A DNA stretch of 56,444 nt, filler included, from Tortispora ganteri (GCA_003707115.1; 5 parts of 5 records of this genome joined end to end with filler, not necessarily neighbours in it), one strand, 5' to 3'; positions 22,014 to 33,089 are shown, counted from the first letter of the whole stretch. Notes: a model not told the origin generated them from the letters alone. Translations and numbers: made by a program.

Positions 22014-25000
22014 ATGTCCTCTGAATCAAAGGAATTGCAACTACTGGAAAAGGTAGAACTTCGTATAGGTCTTTCCGATACACCAGAAAAGCTTGCAAAT
22101 ATTCTAGGAACATATCTTGCGCCATTACTGCTGAAAGCAGATTCGCCACATACGTCTGTCCAGCAAAAAGTGAGGCAAATTGTCGAATATATACATGGCC
22201 AGCTTCGCCATTTCCCACAATTGAAGCTACCACTTACAAACCTGTTCAAACAGTTACTAAATAAAAACTTATCATGTTCACTACGTCAGTATACTTTACA
22301 GTTTATCTTACAACAATTTCATCTATTTAATGACAATGATACTGCCCAGTTCTGCAACGAACTTTGTTCCTCTACAGACTATGATCCTATAGTATTTACA
22401 GCCCTGTTATACATTCCGCTACTTTTTGCCAGATACTCGTTTCCACAACCTGACACTTTAGAACAACAACAATATATATCAGCACTAGGATTGACTACAA
22501 ACCCGTTAATTGAAACACAACTGCTCCGTCTACTAACTTGCTTGCTCATATACACATACAAAGAATACCCCACTGATCTGCAAGGAGGTTCTTACGTCCA
22601 GGACCCATCGTCCTCTTTGCTATCACAGTACCAAATACATTGGATGAAGTTTCTACTTTCGGGCGCCTTCAGCAATAAAGATGCAGTATTTCTAGCTATC
22701 ACTCTAGCCACAGCAAACCCCTCTCGTACCGTCAGGGACGCCGCGAAGGAACTCCTCAAGAGCACACGCGGAAATTTAGAAAGTGACGTTCTAATAAACG
22801 AGGTACTTGAAATATACTTAACTTTCGAAAAACACGGCTGCTATTATACACAGTTCACATCTCTTCCAGAAAGTCCGCGACAGCCGCCACCTGAACTACG
22901 CGCAATAAAAGACTCTGTATGCACAGTTCTTCTTGTAAGTATTCTAGGACGTTCAAACCATGCTGCAAATCGATTCTCTGATCAATTACTACTAAGAGCT
23001 CTTTCATGCAGCTCTCCACTTGCTCACCAAGCTGGCATTCACTGCCTTAGATGGGCAATATTGCATGCTTCTGATGAAGTCAAGCGGTCAATAGCTCTAA
23101 CGAACCTGAAAATTATTAGGAACTGGTTAAAGAGTCCTAGTTCTTTTATATCAGGCGCAACAGTTCATCCTGATGACACTCAAATTTCTCAAGCAAGAGC
23201 TGTTGAAATCGTTAATGCTACTAGGCTGGCAGCATTTGAAGTAATCGGCTTACTGGTTCCCTTCTGCGACCTCGAAGAATCAGAACTTATTTCTCTTTCC
23301 GAGTATCTATTCGATTCACTTAACCATGAGGAAGGCGCTTGTATCCCGGCTATTTCCGCTTCTCTTGCACAGCTATTGCCTCTATTTAAACAAGGCACTC
23401 AACAATCACTTGATATTCTAAAAAATAACCTGTTTAAACACGCACAAAGAGGTTCTTACATGAACACGTCTGTTCTTCTGATGTGTGTAAGGTATGTTGT
23501 TGAACTGTTCCCTTTCAGTGACCCTATAGCTCGCGCAACTTGCATTTTTGTTTACTCGGAAACAGCAGATCTCGAGTTAAAGTCATCGTGTCTCCGTGCT
23601 TTGAAACTTCAGTCATTCGCAGCCACTACTCATAATATTCCTGCTGAAAAGAAACAATTATGGTTTTCATATCCTGATGTGGAAGAGCTCGGCGAAATTA
23701 TATCTCCGAAACTTACATCCCTTTCTATTGAAGCTTCCATAGAATTGGCTACGTTTGTTAAGCATTCGCTATTGTACCATGCGCTGGACAACCAAGACAT
23801 AGTGACTGCTACTCGAGCTGTCGAGAGAGTTCTGAATGAGTGTATGGTATCAGATGCTGATTTTAGATCCAAACTTGCAGAGTACATGGCTAACTGGTGC
23901 GCAAGGTCGTCATTTGCTCTCACATACTTCAACTTTTTGTTTCATATTTTCTTGGTCGATGAAAGACACGAGAGCGGCCAGATACTTGTCTCTTTATTGC
24001 CATTTTGCGCTGAAAATTTACTATCACAACTTGAACAGCATTCAAATGCTGTGTTTGATTATATACTGAGTCATACCAAATATACGGAGCGCTATTTGGG
24101 CGCCAGAACATTGGGATGCATTACTAGCCAATCAGCTGAAGGGCTTGAATGGTCGAAAACTATTCTGGAACGATGTGTGAAGGAGCTGACTGCAGAGTCT
24201 GCCATTCATTCTGTTAACTCAGAAAGCTATCTACTGCTTCTTTCATACATAATTCCAAACATAATGGTTCATGATATGTATTTTGTGCAATTACTGTGCT
24301 CTGAGAGTACACTTTCTGCGCTAATTGAACCTTTGATATCGTCTTATCAGTCGCTTGTTTCAAAGCAGGCTTGCTTTCAGTCAATTCAGCAGCTCGCTTT
24401 ATATTTTTTGATCAGCTGTTCCATGTTGGGTTCTAGTACATTGGAAATAATAAAGAAATCGGCTCGTCAGTTTGATGATTCTGCCATATTTGCCTTTGCA
24501 TTGGCTGTCAGAGCTAGCTCAGAACAGGAAGCGGTAAATGAAGGCCTTTCCTTTCTTTACGAGATATATGATTCCAAGCAACTGGAAGTAGGCTTTTCCG
24601 TTGGAGAAGCATTGGTCATTATATCTGGTGGTCAGTACTGCATGCCTGTTCGTAATCGCATGGATATCACTTTGCAGCTGAGACCACTTAGTTTTGATGC
24701 AGAATCACAGCTTAAAAGTGTCATTGAAGTAGTGATTTCTGATTGCTATGCTCCAAAACATGCACTCCGACGAAATGCAGCATTACGTCTATTATTGTTG
24801 TTACAATACTGCTCTGATCTGAAGCCTATTATTGATAAACTCAAGGTTATTAACGGAACTTTACTTTCTTTATTGGCGGACTCTAATGAACTTGTGCAAG
24901 ACGCTGCATCTCGTGGTCTTACATTAGTGTATGATGCTAGTCCCAGTGCACTGAAAGAAGACCTTGTTTATGATTTACTGAAGACATTTTCCGGTACAAA

Positions 25001-27410
25001 ACAGAACCGACAAGCATTCGCTCCAGATACTGAGCTATTTCAACCTGGCCAAATCACTTCAGACCAAGGTTCTATATCCACATACCAAGATGTTCTGAAC
25101 CTGGCATCAGAAGCAGGTGATCCCAGTCTAGTTTACAAGTTTATGTCATTGACATCACATGCATCCTTATGGTCTTCAGCACGTGGTGCTGCATTTGGAA
25201 TAGGTGCGATTTTAGAAAAGGCAAAAGTAAGCAATGAACTAGAGTCTAACTCTGTTCTTTCAGAAATACTGATTCCAAAACTATACAGATACCGATTTGA
25301 TCCTTATACCAGTGTCAGAGAAGCTATGTGCAACATGTGGGACTCATTGGTTTCTAACTCTCCTAAAACTATACTTGAATCGTTTTATATAATCCTGGAA
25401 GAGCTTCTGAAATCGATTGGCGATTCTCAATGGCGTGTAAGAGAAGCTAGTACGCGCGCACTATGCGAATTGATCAAAAATGCGCCTTTAGAGCGATATG
25501 TTACTCGCATGATAGATATATGGACTCTGGGTTTTAGGGCATTGGACGATATAAAGCAGTCTGTAAGACTTGCAGGTGTTGACCTAGTGACGGCTCTTAA
25601 TGTTATTCTAATACGACAAGTGGAATTGGAAGAATTAGCTCAGAAAGCTGAAACGCAACAGATTTTGGAAATGGTGATACCCCTGATACTAGGGCAAAAG
25701 GGACTTCAAAGCTCAGTTGATGATGTACAGCATGCTGCCTTAGAGACAATTGTGAAACTGACAAAAAATGAGCCAAAGATTTTACGTCCTTATGTTTCCC
25801 TGATAGTGTCTGAACTTCTTGGAGTGGTTACAACTTTGGAACCTGCGCTTGTTTCATATTTGTCGCTCAATGCTAGCAAATACGGTATAACACTTGATGA
25901 CATTGAGAAAGGACGCATGTCTGCTTTAAAATCTTCACCTGTTATGGCATCTTTGGAACACTTGTGCAACATTCTTACGCCAAATGAGGTTCCTGAGTTT
26001 ATTGAACGGTTTCAGAGAACAGTGTCAGCATCGTTAGGATCACCGTCTTTATTTGCAGCTAGTAAGTTGATGGTGACACTTTACATTCAACACAACGAAT
26101 TGATTGCTCCATATAGCGACTCTTTTCTGAAGCTAATTTCTTCGCAATTGGCTGGTCGATCAGATGTAGTGGCTAACGCTTATGCTGCTGCTGCCGGGTA
26201 TGTTTGTGCACATGCTTCTGAACTAAGTAAAATGAAGTTTTATAACCATCTCCAAAAACTATATTTTGATGCAGATTCTAAGAAAAGGTACAGAGTGGCA
26301 GTTGTCGCAGAGTCTATTGGAAGACACTTCCCTACTGACTACGAAACTTCTGACGCTATTTTAACGAAATTGGTGTTCATAGGGCAGTACGATCCTGATG
26401 AGAAAATCAAACCCCTGCTGAAACGTTGCTACGATGATCATATTGGCGGTACCAGAATTCTGCGTGAACAAGTGGATAATATTACGCGAATGTGTTTGAG
26501 CCTTCTTGATGACACCGAATGGTGGATACGATCTTTAGGGGCGCAAGCACTTAGCGAGATATCGAAAATCGTTGAAGATCAGTCCCTCCTTGCTGAAATA
26601 ATTGAGGCACTCTTGCAATTAAGTGTGAGACGTGTTTGGGATGGTAAGTCTACTGTGATGGATGCATTGTTGTCTATAGCACTAGAAGACAATGGATATG
26701 TGAGCGGAAATGATGAAACTATTTTGAAAATACAAGAAGCATTTGTTGTTGAAAGCCAGAGAAAGGAACATGACTATGCAGAGCGTCAGTTTAAATCATT
26801 ATGTCGTTTTATTGGGACATACTTCAATTCTGAAGGTTTTGAGAGGCTTTGCCATATTGCACCACGATTTGTGACTGCACCGTTTGAAGTTTATTTGAAT
26901 GAAGACAAAGAGTCCGAAGACGAAGTTATGCCTGACTTGAATGTATCTCAAAAGCGTGAACTACTCTATACATTTGCGAGTTCTTTCAAGGCCAAGACTT
27001 ACCATGGCGAGCCAAGTACTCCGACATCTTTTATGTTGCTTGTTGAAGTGATCACTGCTATTTACAAGACTAAGGAAGGAACGCTTTGGGGTGCTCCCCA
27101 AGTAGTTGCTTTGACAGCTTCCGCATTATCTTTATCCTTGAAAAGCTTTTTAGATGTACGCAATATGAATCCAACTGAAGCGAATTATCTCTGGGATTGT
27201 TTCTTTTCATTGCTTGGAAATGAGGTGAGAGTATATGATTCATCAAGTCGGTATACAATTGGCGAAACTGTGAGTCTATTTTATAGATGTCTGGATGAGG
27301 AAAGCACTGAATTGAGAACAGATATTCAAAAGAAAGCTGCCGAGTTATTTGACGGCGAAGCAGATTCTCGGATTTTGCTTACATTATCTAAATCCGGCGT
27401 CATTAGATGA
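22014..27410 (+). CDS. ECM29: Proteasome adaptor Ecm29 (HEAT repeats)
   Basis: LEKVELRI....EKL...L..YLAPLLLK.DSPH..VQQKV; TYQDVLNLASEAGDPSLVYKFMSL; GAAFG; IPKLYRYRFDP; QWRVREAS. Confidence 0.92.
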   Translation: MSSESKELQLLEKVELRIGLSDTPEKLANILGTYLAPLLLKADSPHTSVQQKVRQIVEYIHGQLRHFPQLKLPLTNLFKQLLNKNLSCSLRQYTLQFILQQFHLFNDNDTAQFCNELCSSTDYDPIVFTALLYIPLLFARYSFPQPDTLEQQQYISALGLTTNPLIETQLLRLLTCLLIYTYKEYPTDLQGGSYVQDPSSSLLSQYQIHWMKFLLSGAFSNKDAVFLAITLATANPSRTVRDAAKELLKSTRGNLESDVLINEVLEIYLTFEKHGCYYTQFTSLPESPRQPPPELRAIKDSVCTVLLVSILGRSNHAANRFSDQLLLRALSCSSPLAHQAGIHCLRWAILHASDEVKRSIALTNLKIIRNWLKSPSSFISGATVHPDDTQISQARAVEIVNATRLAAFEVIGLLVPFCDLEESELISLSEYLFDSLNHEEGACIPAISASLAQLLPLFKQGTQQSLDILKNNLFKHAQRGSYMNTSVLLMCVRYVVELFPFSDPIARATCIFVYSETADLELKSSCLRALKLQSFAATTHNIPAEKKQLWFSYPDVEELGEIISPKLTSLSIEASIELATFVKHSLLYHALDNQDIVTATRAVERVLNECMVSDADFRSKLAEYMANWCARSSFALTYFNFLFHIFLVDERHESGQILVSLLPFCAENLLSQLEQHSNAVFDYILSHTKYTERYLGARTLGCITSQSAEGLEWSKTILERCVKELTAESAIHSVNSESYLLLLSYIIPNIMVHDMYFVQLLCSESTLSALIEPLISSYQSLVSKQACFQSIQQLALYFLISCSMLGSSTLEIIKKSARQFDDSAIFAFALAVRASSEQEAVNEGLSFLYEIYDSKQLEVGFSVGEALVIISGGQYCMPVRNRMDITLQLRPLSFDAESQLKSVIEVVISDCYAPKHALRRNAALRLLLLLQYCSDLKPIIDKLKVINGTLLSLLADSNELVQDAASRGLTLVYDASPSALKEDLVYDLLKTFSGTKQNRQAFAPDTELFQPGQITSDQGSISTYQDVLNLASEAGDPSLVYKFMSLTSHASLWSSARGAAFGIGAILEKAKVSNELESNSVLSEILIPKLYRYRFDPYTSVREAMCNMWDSLVSNSPKTILESFYIILEELLKSIGDSQWRVREASTRALCELIKNAPLERYVTRMIDIWTLGFRALDDIKQSVRLAGVDLVTALNVILIRQVELEELAQKAETQQILEMVIPLILGQKGLQSSVDDVQHAALETIVKLTKNEPKILRPYVSLIVSELLGVVTTLEPALVSYLSLNASKYGITLDDIEKGRMSALKSSPVMASLEHLCNILTPNEVPEFIERFQRTVSASLGSPSLFAASKLMVTLYIQHNELIAPYSDSFLKLISSQLAGRSDVVANAYAAAAGYVCAHASELSKMKFYNHLQKLYFDADSKKRYRVAVVAESIGRHFPTDYETSDAILTKLVFIGQYDPDEKIKPLLKRCYDDHIGGTRILREQVDNITRMCLSLLDDTEWWIRSLGAQALSEISKIVEDQSLLAEIIEALLQLSVRRVWDGKSTVMDALLSIALEDNGYVSGNDETILKIQEAFVVESQRKEHDYAERQFKSLCRFIGTYFNSEGFERLCHIAPRFVTAPFEVYLNEDKESEDEVMPDLNVSQKRELLYTFASSFKAKTYHGEPSTPTSFMLLVEVITAIYKTKEGTLWGAPQVVALTASALSLSLKSFLDVRNMNPTEANYLWDCFFSLLGNEVRVYDSSSRYTIGETVSLFYRCLDEESTELRTDIQKKAAELFDGEADSRILLTLSKSGVIR

Positions 27411-27448
27411 GTTTTGGGATAAGTTTTTCCTAAACTGTCATTAATTCA

Positions 27449-28351
27449 TTAGTTTGCAAAGAATTGAGCTTGAACCCAGTTCCTATACATTTTTAGTTTT
27501 CTTTGTCTATTCACCATTAAGCGTCTGTCAGTTGCGATTTTGCCAATGGAAAACTTACTGAATATCTGTGCGAGCTCTTCTTCAGTGAAAAAGTATACCC
27601 TTGTTCCATCTCCTCGGACATAAAAAGAGTCATCCAACAGCCTGTTCTTTTTAAACCGCAATTGGGCCATGTCGTACCTGCCATAATCGCGCAGAAGAAT
27701 CTGAGCCCCAGGTTTGCACAAAAGCGAAAGATTGTTTATAGCATGTTCCCACTCGTTGGGAGATAAAGCTGAGAATACGAAGACCAAAACAATAATATCT
27801 ATAGAATGTGGCTCTACACTTTCAGGAAGCTTGAGATCAGGATTGGCTAAATCCCACACATATGCGGAAGCATGCTTAGGGTCGAATAGTTCGTGCTCTT
27901 TTACGATTTGCACAGCTCTAGGGGAATAGTCTGCACCAATTATTTTCAAATCAGGGTTCTGATTCTCAGAAAGAATAGGAAACAAGGTATTACCTGCACC
28001 ACATCCTATTTCGAAGATGGTGATGGGTCCTGCATCTGGTTTGGTGGCATTAAAAAGGGCCGGAAACTCAATTTTCAACCACCTTCGGTCTTTGAAGAAC
28101 TTATTCTCGTTATTCTTATAGAATAGGTCCCAGTACCTGGCCGGGTTCTTGTTGTATAAATTTTTATTGAACTCTGTCACAGGATTCTCTTTCTGTGTAG
28201 CGATCTTCTCTTCTGCGATTTTCATCTGCTCATCGTCAAGTTCTACATGATCCCATGCATTGTGATCCCAAACAGCATCGTCATCTGTCAGATGACGCTG
28301 TCCAAACACATAAGGTTCGTCCTTTCTATCGACTGGACTGTCTTGAGACAT
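27449..28351 (-). CDS. TRM140: tRNA 3-methylcytidine (m3C32) methyltransferase, METTL2/Trm140 catalytic domain
   Basis: HNAWDHV, YWDLFYKNNENKFFKDRRWL..EFP, FEIGCGAGNT, RDYGRYD, YVRGDGTRVYFF. Confidence 0.9.
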   Translation of the reverse strand: MSQDSPVDRKDEPYVFGQRHLTDDDAVWDHNAWDHVELDDEQMKIAEEKIATQKENPVTEFNKNLYNKNPARYWDLFYKNNENKFFKDRRWLKIEFPALFNATKPDAGPITIFEIGCGAGNTLFPILSENQNPDLKIIGADYSPRAVQIVKEHELFDPKHASAYVWDLANPDLKLPESVEPHSIDIIVLVFVFSALSPNEWEHAINNLSLLCKPGAQILLRDYGRYDMAQLRFKKNRLLDDSFYVRGDGTRVYFFTEEELAQIFSKFSIGKIATDRRLMVNRQRKLKMYRNWVQAQFFAN

Positions 28352-28457
28352 AGTTGTTGCAAGGAAAGAAGAGAAGAAGGAAAAAAAAGCGTTAGTGTAG
28401 CGGCTCCCAAAGAGGCAAGTCCCAACTGTTCCATTACGATTTCAGTCTTCAACATCG

Positions 28458-29594
28458 ATGTCACCTCTATATGACGTTGATTATCAGCCGCCGGAGCCGC
28501 ACGGCGTGCAGCTATCACTAGAATTAGGCGAAGAGTACAGTTTCATGAAGGCAAGGGACTTTCCGAAAACTGGTCGGGCGCCTGTCAATCATATTGCGGT
28601 TGATCCGACGGGATCGTTGTTAATTTCGGCTACAGGCGATTCTAGTCTGCGGTTATGGAACCTTGGATTGCAGACAACTATCGAAAATGATGCTGTAGAT
28701 GACGATTTAGATGCATATTTAGGCGATACAAAGCAGAAAATGGCACCTGTTTTGGTGGAAGCAGTAGTGAAACCTCGAAGCCACCACAAGGCTGGTGTTT
28801 CTGGAGTCTGCGTATACGCCGATGGCGGATTGGCCACCACTTGTTCGTTCGACAACACAGTGCGCGTATGGGATATAGGAAGCTCAGGAATGAGTGAAGC
28901 ATGTAGTTTTGATCTTGGTTATAAGCTTTATGCGCACTCTTTGGGTCAGCAGGCGAACCCGCTGGTGGCGACTGGCGGAGACCACCCACACATCAGGCTG
29001 ATCGACCTACGGACGCTGGCATCGTCGCAGATCTTACGAGGACACAGTTTAGGCAAAGTTCTAGCGGTTGAATGGTGCCCGACTAATGACTATATTATTG
29101 CAAGCGGTGGATCTGACGGGTCTGTACGGGTATGGGATATAAGATCTGCGGCATCTTCTATTGCGTGCTTGTCGAACAAGCTAGGGTCAGTGAATGGGGT
29201 GAAGTGGCATGAATCGGGGAAGTACTTGGTAACGAATGGGAACGACGAAATTGTGCGGCTATGGTCGGCTACTGACCAAGAAAACTTGCATGTGAACTAC
29301 GGTCCGCATGTACGTAACAGATTCCTGCAGACTACACATATGGCTATAACGCCCGCAGCGACTTCGCCTGACGAACACCCGCTGCTGCTTGTTCCGTCGG
29401 ATTCTGGACAGGTTATTATGCTGGACATGTTCACCGGACGGCTAGTACGCAAACTTACCCGTAATGCTAGTGATGCCAGGGTGACGTCTGTTGTATGCCG
29501 AGGTGCTGGTACTACAGACTTACTAATGTCTGCGCAGGACGGCACTATTAGGTGGTGGTCATCTGCGTTTAAAGACGATGAGGTTATGACATAA
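28458..29594 (+). CDS. RAD28: WD40 DNA repair protein, CSA/ERCC8/Rad28 family
   Basis: TCSFDNTVRVWD, IRLIDLR..ASSQILRGH, VEWCP..DYIIASGGSDGSVRVWDIR, VNYGP..RN. Confidence 0.75.
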   Translation: MSPLYDVDYQPPEPHGVQLSLELGEEYSFMKARDFPKTGRAPVNHIAVDPTGSLLISATGDSSLRLWNLGLQTTIENDAVDDDLDAYLGDTKQKMAPVLVEAVVKPRSHHKAGVSGVCVYADGGLATTCSFDNTVRVWDIGSSGMSEACSFDLGYKLYAHSLGQQANPLVATGGDHPHIRLIDLRTLASSQILRGHSLGKVLAVEWCPTNDYIIASGGSDGSVRVWDIRSAASSIACLSNKLGSVNGVKWHESGKYLVTNGNDEIVRLWSATDQENLHVNYGPHVRNRFLQTTHMAITPAATSPDEHPLLLVPSDSGQVIMLDMFTGRLVRKLTRNASDARVTSVVCRGAGTTDLLMSAQDGTIRWWSSAFKDDEVMT

Positions 29595-29608
29595 TATTGT
29601 ATATCTAT

Positions 29609-30528
29609 TTAGAGCTTGAACTTAGCGAACGGCTCGTACTCGACCTTATTGAGAATGGTGCCGACCTTCTCAAGACCGATTTCGACTATGTCGCCGTGTT
29701 TAAGCCATGGCGGGTTCTTGAACCCGGACGCTACACCAGAAGGCGTACCAGTTAGGATAATATCTCCCGGGTACAGTGTAGTGCCCTGGGAGAAGAAAGA
29801 TATGGCTTGTGCGACGTTAAAGATCATATCGGAAGTGTTCTCCTTCTGCATGAGCTTGCCGTTGACCTTGGTATAGATGGTGAGCGTCTGCGGATCGGGG
29901 ATAACTGAGGTAGGCACAATTGCGGGGCCAAACGGTGCCCAGCCGTCGCACATCTTGCCAACACACCATTGACCACCACCGAGCTTGATTTGCCAGTCGC
30001 GCTGTGACACGTCATTAGCGACAGAGTAGCCAAGTACGTAGTCGAGAGCCTCAGATGATGTAACATCTTTGCATTCTTTACCAATAACTACTACGAGCTC
30101 ACATTCGTAGTCGACAGCAGCAACTGTACAATTAGGTGGTTGTTGCATAGATGGAACAACAATTGGATCAGTAGGACCAGATGCAGCACCGCGAGGCTTG
30201 TAGAAAAGAATAGGCGATTTTGGTTTAGGCATATTGGTCTCGACAGCATGCTTGGAATAATTAAGTCCAATACATCGAATACTTGAGATATCCGTTGGTG
30301 CAAGAGGACATAGTAATTTTCTTATACCTATGACCTTGTCGGTGACTATATGTGAGCCGAAGATATCGCCTTCAATGATATTGGCATATTTTGCAAGTCG
30401 GGCATCGCCTGAACCAACTGCATCGCCGTAGTACACTTTACCGTCAGAAGCTAAAAATCTTACAAGTTTCTAATTGTTAGAAAAGAATATTAAAAGCATT
30501 AATATGTACTTACAGTGAATTTAGCCAT
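29609..30528 (-). CDS. Fumarylacetoacetate hydrolase family protein, 291 aa; exons 30528-30514 and 30469-29609
   Basis: Splicing a 44-nt intron (GTAAGT...TTCTAAC-AATTAG) gives MAKFTKLVRFLASDGKVYYGDA; CIGLNYSKH, DYECEL, NDVSQRDWQ, GDIILTGTPSGV. Confidence 0.9.
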
Positions 30529-30596
30529 GATTTAGTGGTCTATAAAATCTGGGGTTATTTATATAGAGAGGGGTAAGGGGATCTTTACCCCCCACC

Positions 30597-30696
30597 NNNN
30601 NNNNNNNNNNNNNNNNNNNNNNNNNNNNNNNNNNNNNNNNTTAATTAATTAANNNNNNNNNNNNNNNNNNNNNNNNNNNNNNNNNNNNNNNNNNNN
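30597..30696. other. Artificial contig linker
   Basis: N44-TTAATTAATTAA-N44. Confidence 0.98.
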
Positions 30697-30790
30697 TTCC
30701 GCGTAATGAACTAGATAAATTGCAATCTTTTGGTGTTTTATTAGTTAATAGTTAGGATCTTTACAATTTGGGAACCTTCTTGTGATTACC

Positions 30791-31354
30791 ATGAACGGTC
30801 AAAAAGACGAACTTTTTCGTTCTGTTGAGGATCCCGAGAAGAAAATACTATTACACCAAAGCCTTCAAGATGAATTATCTGAAGAATTATTAAAGACAGG
30901 TGTTGCATTGAAAGAGAGCGCATTGGCTTTTGGTAGTCAGCTTGAGATCGACAGAGAAGTCTCGGAAAAAGCATATGAGAGTATAGAAAACAACTCAAAT
31001 CAGATTAATTCAGCAGCAAAAAAGCTTGAAGATTATCGTAAACGACAAGCATTAGGTGTGTTTTATATTTATGGTACATATTTAGCTTTGATTGGCTTAT
31101 TCGTTATGGGATTGCTGGTTATCCTACAATTTTCGAAATCGCCACAGACGCAAAAAGTATATACAACAATAACACAAGCTCAGACTGTGTATACGACAAA
31201 AGTTAGATCGAATATAATGATTTCAGATAGTATAGAAACAGATACTATCAATCTTAATAATACTGAAATTGGTTTTGTTGAAACAAATATTAAGACACAA
31301 ATTGAATCCAGAGAACCTCTTGACACTTTAGAACCCCTACATGATGAATTATAA
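30791..31354 (+). CDS. USE1: Use1-type ER SNARE with a luminal extension ending in HDEL
   Basis: HQSLQDELSEELL....LKESALAF...LE.D heptad pattern like Use1, followed by a TM segment, a Thr-rich tail and HDEL-stop. Confidence 0.7.
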   Translation: MNGQKDELFRSVEDPEKKILLHQSLQDELSEELLKTGVALKESALAFGSQLEIDREVSEKAYESIENNSNQINSAAKKLEDYRKRQALGVFYIYGTYLALIGLFVMGLLVILQFSKSPQTQKVYTTITQAQTVYTTKVRSNIMISDSIETDTINLNNTEIGFVETNIKTQIESREPLDTLEPLHDEL

Positions 31355-31388
31355 CATTCATATTATTACATACAAATTCTTCACTAAG

Positions 31389-33089
31389 CTATTCGACACA
31401 ATCAAATGGGTATACCATTGGAAGACTCTTCAATGATCCTGGGGGTAAATCAACTGCTCTTTCAAGTACCTTCCGAATCCCGTCATAACCGCCGCATTCC
31501 AATACTATCTTATGGATTTCACCTTTCTTCTGTTGAATCATATCAAAAAACCGTTCCCATTCTGCTGTTTTGATTTGAGTTGCGTCAATTACCCTTTCGA
31601 GATGTGATTTCCTCTGCCTGGAAGATTCTCCAGGTACTACTTCCGCAAACGCCGCAAGCACGAGTGTAGGCCACCCAAACGCGTTCTGAAGCTTCCATAC
31701 GCGACGACATTGTCTTAAGCGCGCATGCACTACTGAATCTGTCACACCATACTTACTCTGCCATGACAGCGATAAGTTCGTTTTCCGGCCCCAAGCGTTC
31801 CTGTCATCGAGATCCATGCGTCGAGCTGCAACATCGGTCCACCACCATTTTAACCACTGATTCAGACGTTTTAACGGTGATGATTCTTTTCCCGACAGCT
31901 CGGCTCTTTGCCGTACAACATCTTGTATCCATTCCTGACAATCAAGTTCTCTCGACAGAGTGCTTTTTGCCCATTTTTCTACCTCATTGAGCGGTTGGCT
32001 GCACCCGTAAGCAACTTCAGCAAAACATAACGCATCTGTACTACCATTATGTGTGTTTCCACCGTACCCGGTTGACGGATTTAGCGCGAATTTCTCCTCA
32101 GTCTTTAGCTCAGATATTACTTTCTTCAGGTTCTCAGCAGCCGATGCCGAAAATTCCGCAAATGCTTCCTCTGCAGTAAATTTGTGATTGAATTTCGCCT
32201 TTGTTTTCTTTGACTCATAATTACGCACATCGTACACCGGTTTGGCGTACTTTGATACTCGTGCCTGAGTTGTCTTGCTGTAGTGACTGCTAGCGTCTGC
32301 CACGCTGTGCTGATTTTCGGTTGCAACGTTCGCACTCGTGTTACCTGATCCGGCATACATCGGCGTGTACGCAGGAGTAGTGAATCCGGAACTGTTGCTT
32401 TGCATATAGCAGTGGTTTGCAGGAACAGGCATAGCAGATCCCGGGTGCCAGTAGGGAGAAGCATTGTATTGCGGGTACTGCGCGGTATGCGAAGCAACAG
32501 CACTTGCAGGAACGTGAGGCGGTTGCGGTTGCCCATTGGTGTGTGCCATATAGCTCTGATAGTACATTGGCCAGGCAGCTTTAGCATGCAGCTCTGATGC
32601 AAAGTGCATATTCGCCGTATACGCTTGTGGCATATACATCATTGGCGTATACCTGTTAGGGAGGAAGTTGGCGTGATGGAGTGTAGATTGCTGGCCTGTA
32701 CAATTCTGACTGCTATGCTCTGGGCTATGTGATGCAACAGTACGCGAGCTTGGGAATAGTTCTGGTGATGCATCAGACGATTGTGAATCCTGTCCGCTTT
32801 TCAGCTCCTTGCTGTTTGTGTCATCGTTTGACGGGTTGAGTGTTTGCTGGCTTTCTGGTGATCCAACCTGTCTACTATAGTGATACCAACAGGGAGGATG
32901 TGCTTGTTGCGTGGACTGATCATGACTATGCTCTTTGCAGTTACTATATCTGCGCATATCGTGACCTTCGGTATGGTTTCCTTGAGATATTGCGAGGTTG
33001 GATAGCATAATCAGGCTTTCGTTGCCCTTCTGGTTAGCCGTACAGGTGCTTGGAGACGGTATAGCGGTCTCTCCGCTATGTTCGGACAT
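31389..33089 (-). CDS. Uncharacterised protein: disordered Ser/Pro/Tyr/Gln-rich N-terminus and helical Trp/Arg-rich C-terminal domain (possible transcription regulator)
   Basis: 566-aa ORF from the first ATG at 33089; no family recognised. Confidence 0.75.
   Translation of the reverse strand: MSEHSGETAIPSPSTCTANQKGNESLIMLSNLAISQGNHTEGHDMRRYSNCKEHSHDQSTQQAHPPCWYHYSRQVGSPESQQTLNPSNDDTNSKELKSGQDSQSSDASPELFPSSRTVASHSPEHSSQNCTGQQSTLHHANFLPNRYTPMMYMPQAYTANMHFASELHAKAAWPMYYQSYMAHTNGQPQPPHVPASAVASHTAQYPQYNASPYWHPGSAMPVPANHCYMQSNSSGFTTPAYTPMYAGSGNTSANVATENQHSVADASSHYSKTTQARVSKYAKPVYDVRNYESKKTKAKFNHKFTAEEAFAEFSASAAENLKKVISELKTEEKFALNPSTGYGGNTHNGSTDALCFAEVAYGCSQPLNEVEKWAKSTLSRELDCQEWIQDVVRQRAELSGKESSPLKRLNQWLKWWWTDVAARRMDLDDRNAWGRKTNLSLSWQSKYGVTDSVVHARLRQCRRVWKLQNAFGWPTLVLAAFAEVVPGESSRQRKSHLERVIDATQIKTAEWERFFDMIQQKKGEIHKIVLECGGYDGIRKVLERAVDLPPGSLKSLPMVYPFDCVE

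Noticed and set aside
28352..28457. ABP140-style +1 frameshift N-terminal extension of TRM140
   Set aside because: No CTT-AGG-C site and no room: RAD28 starts 106 bp away
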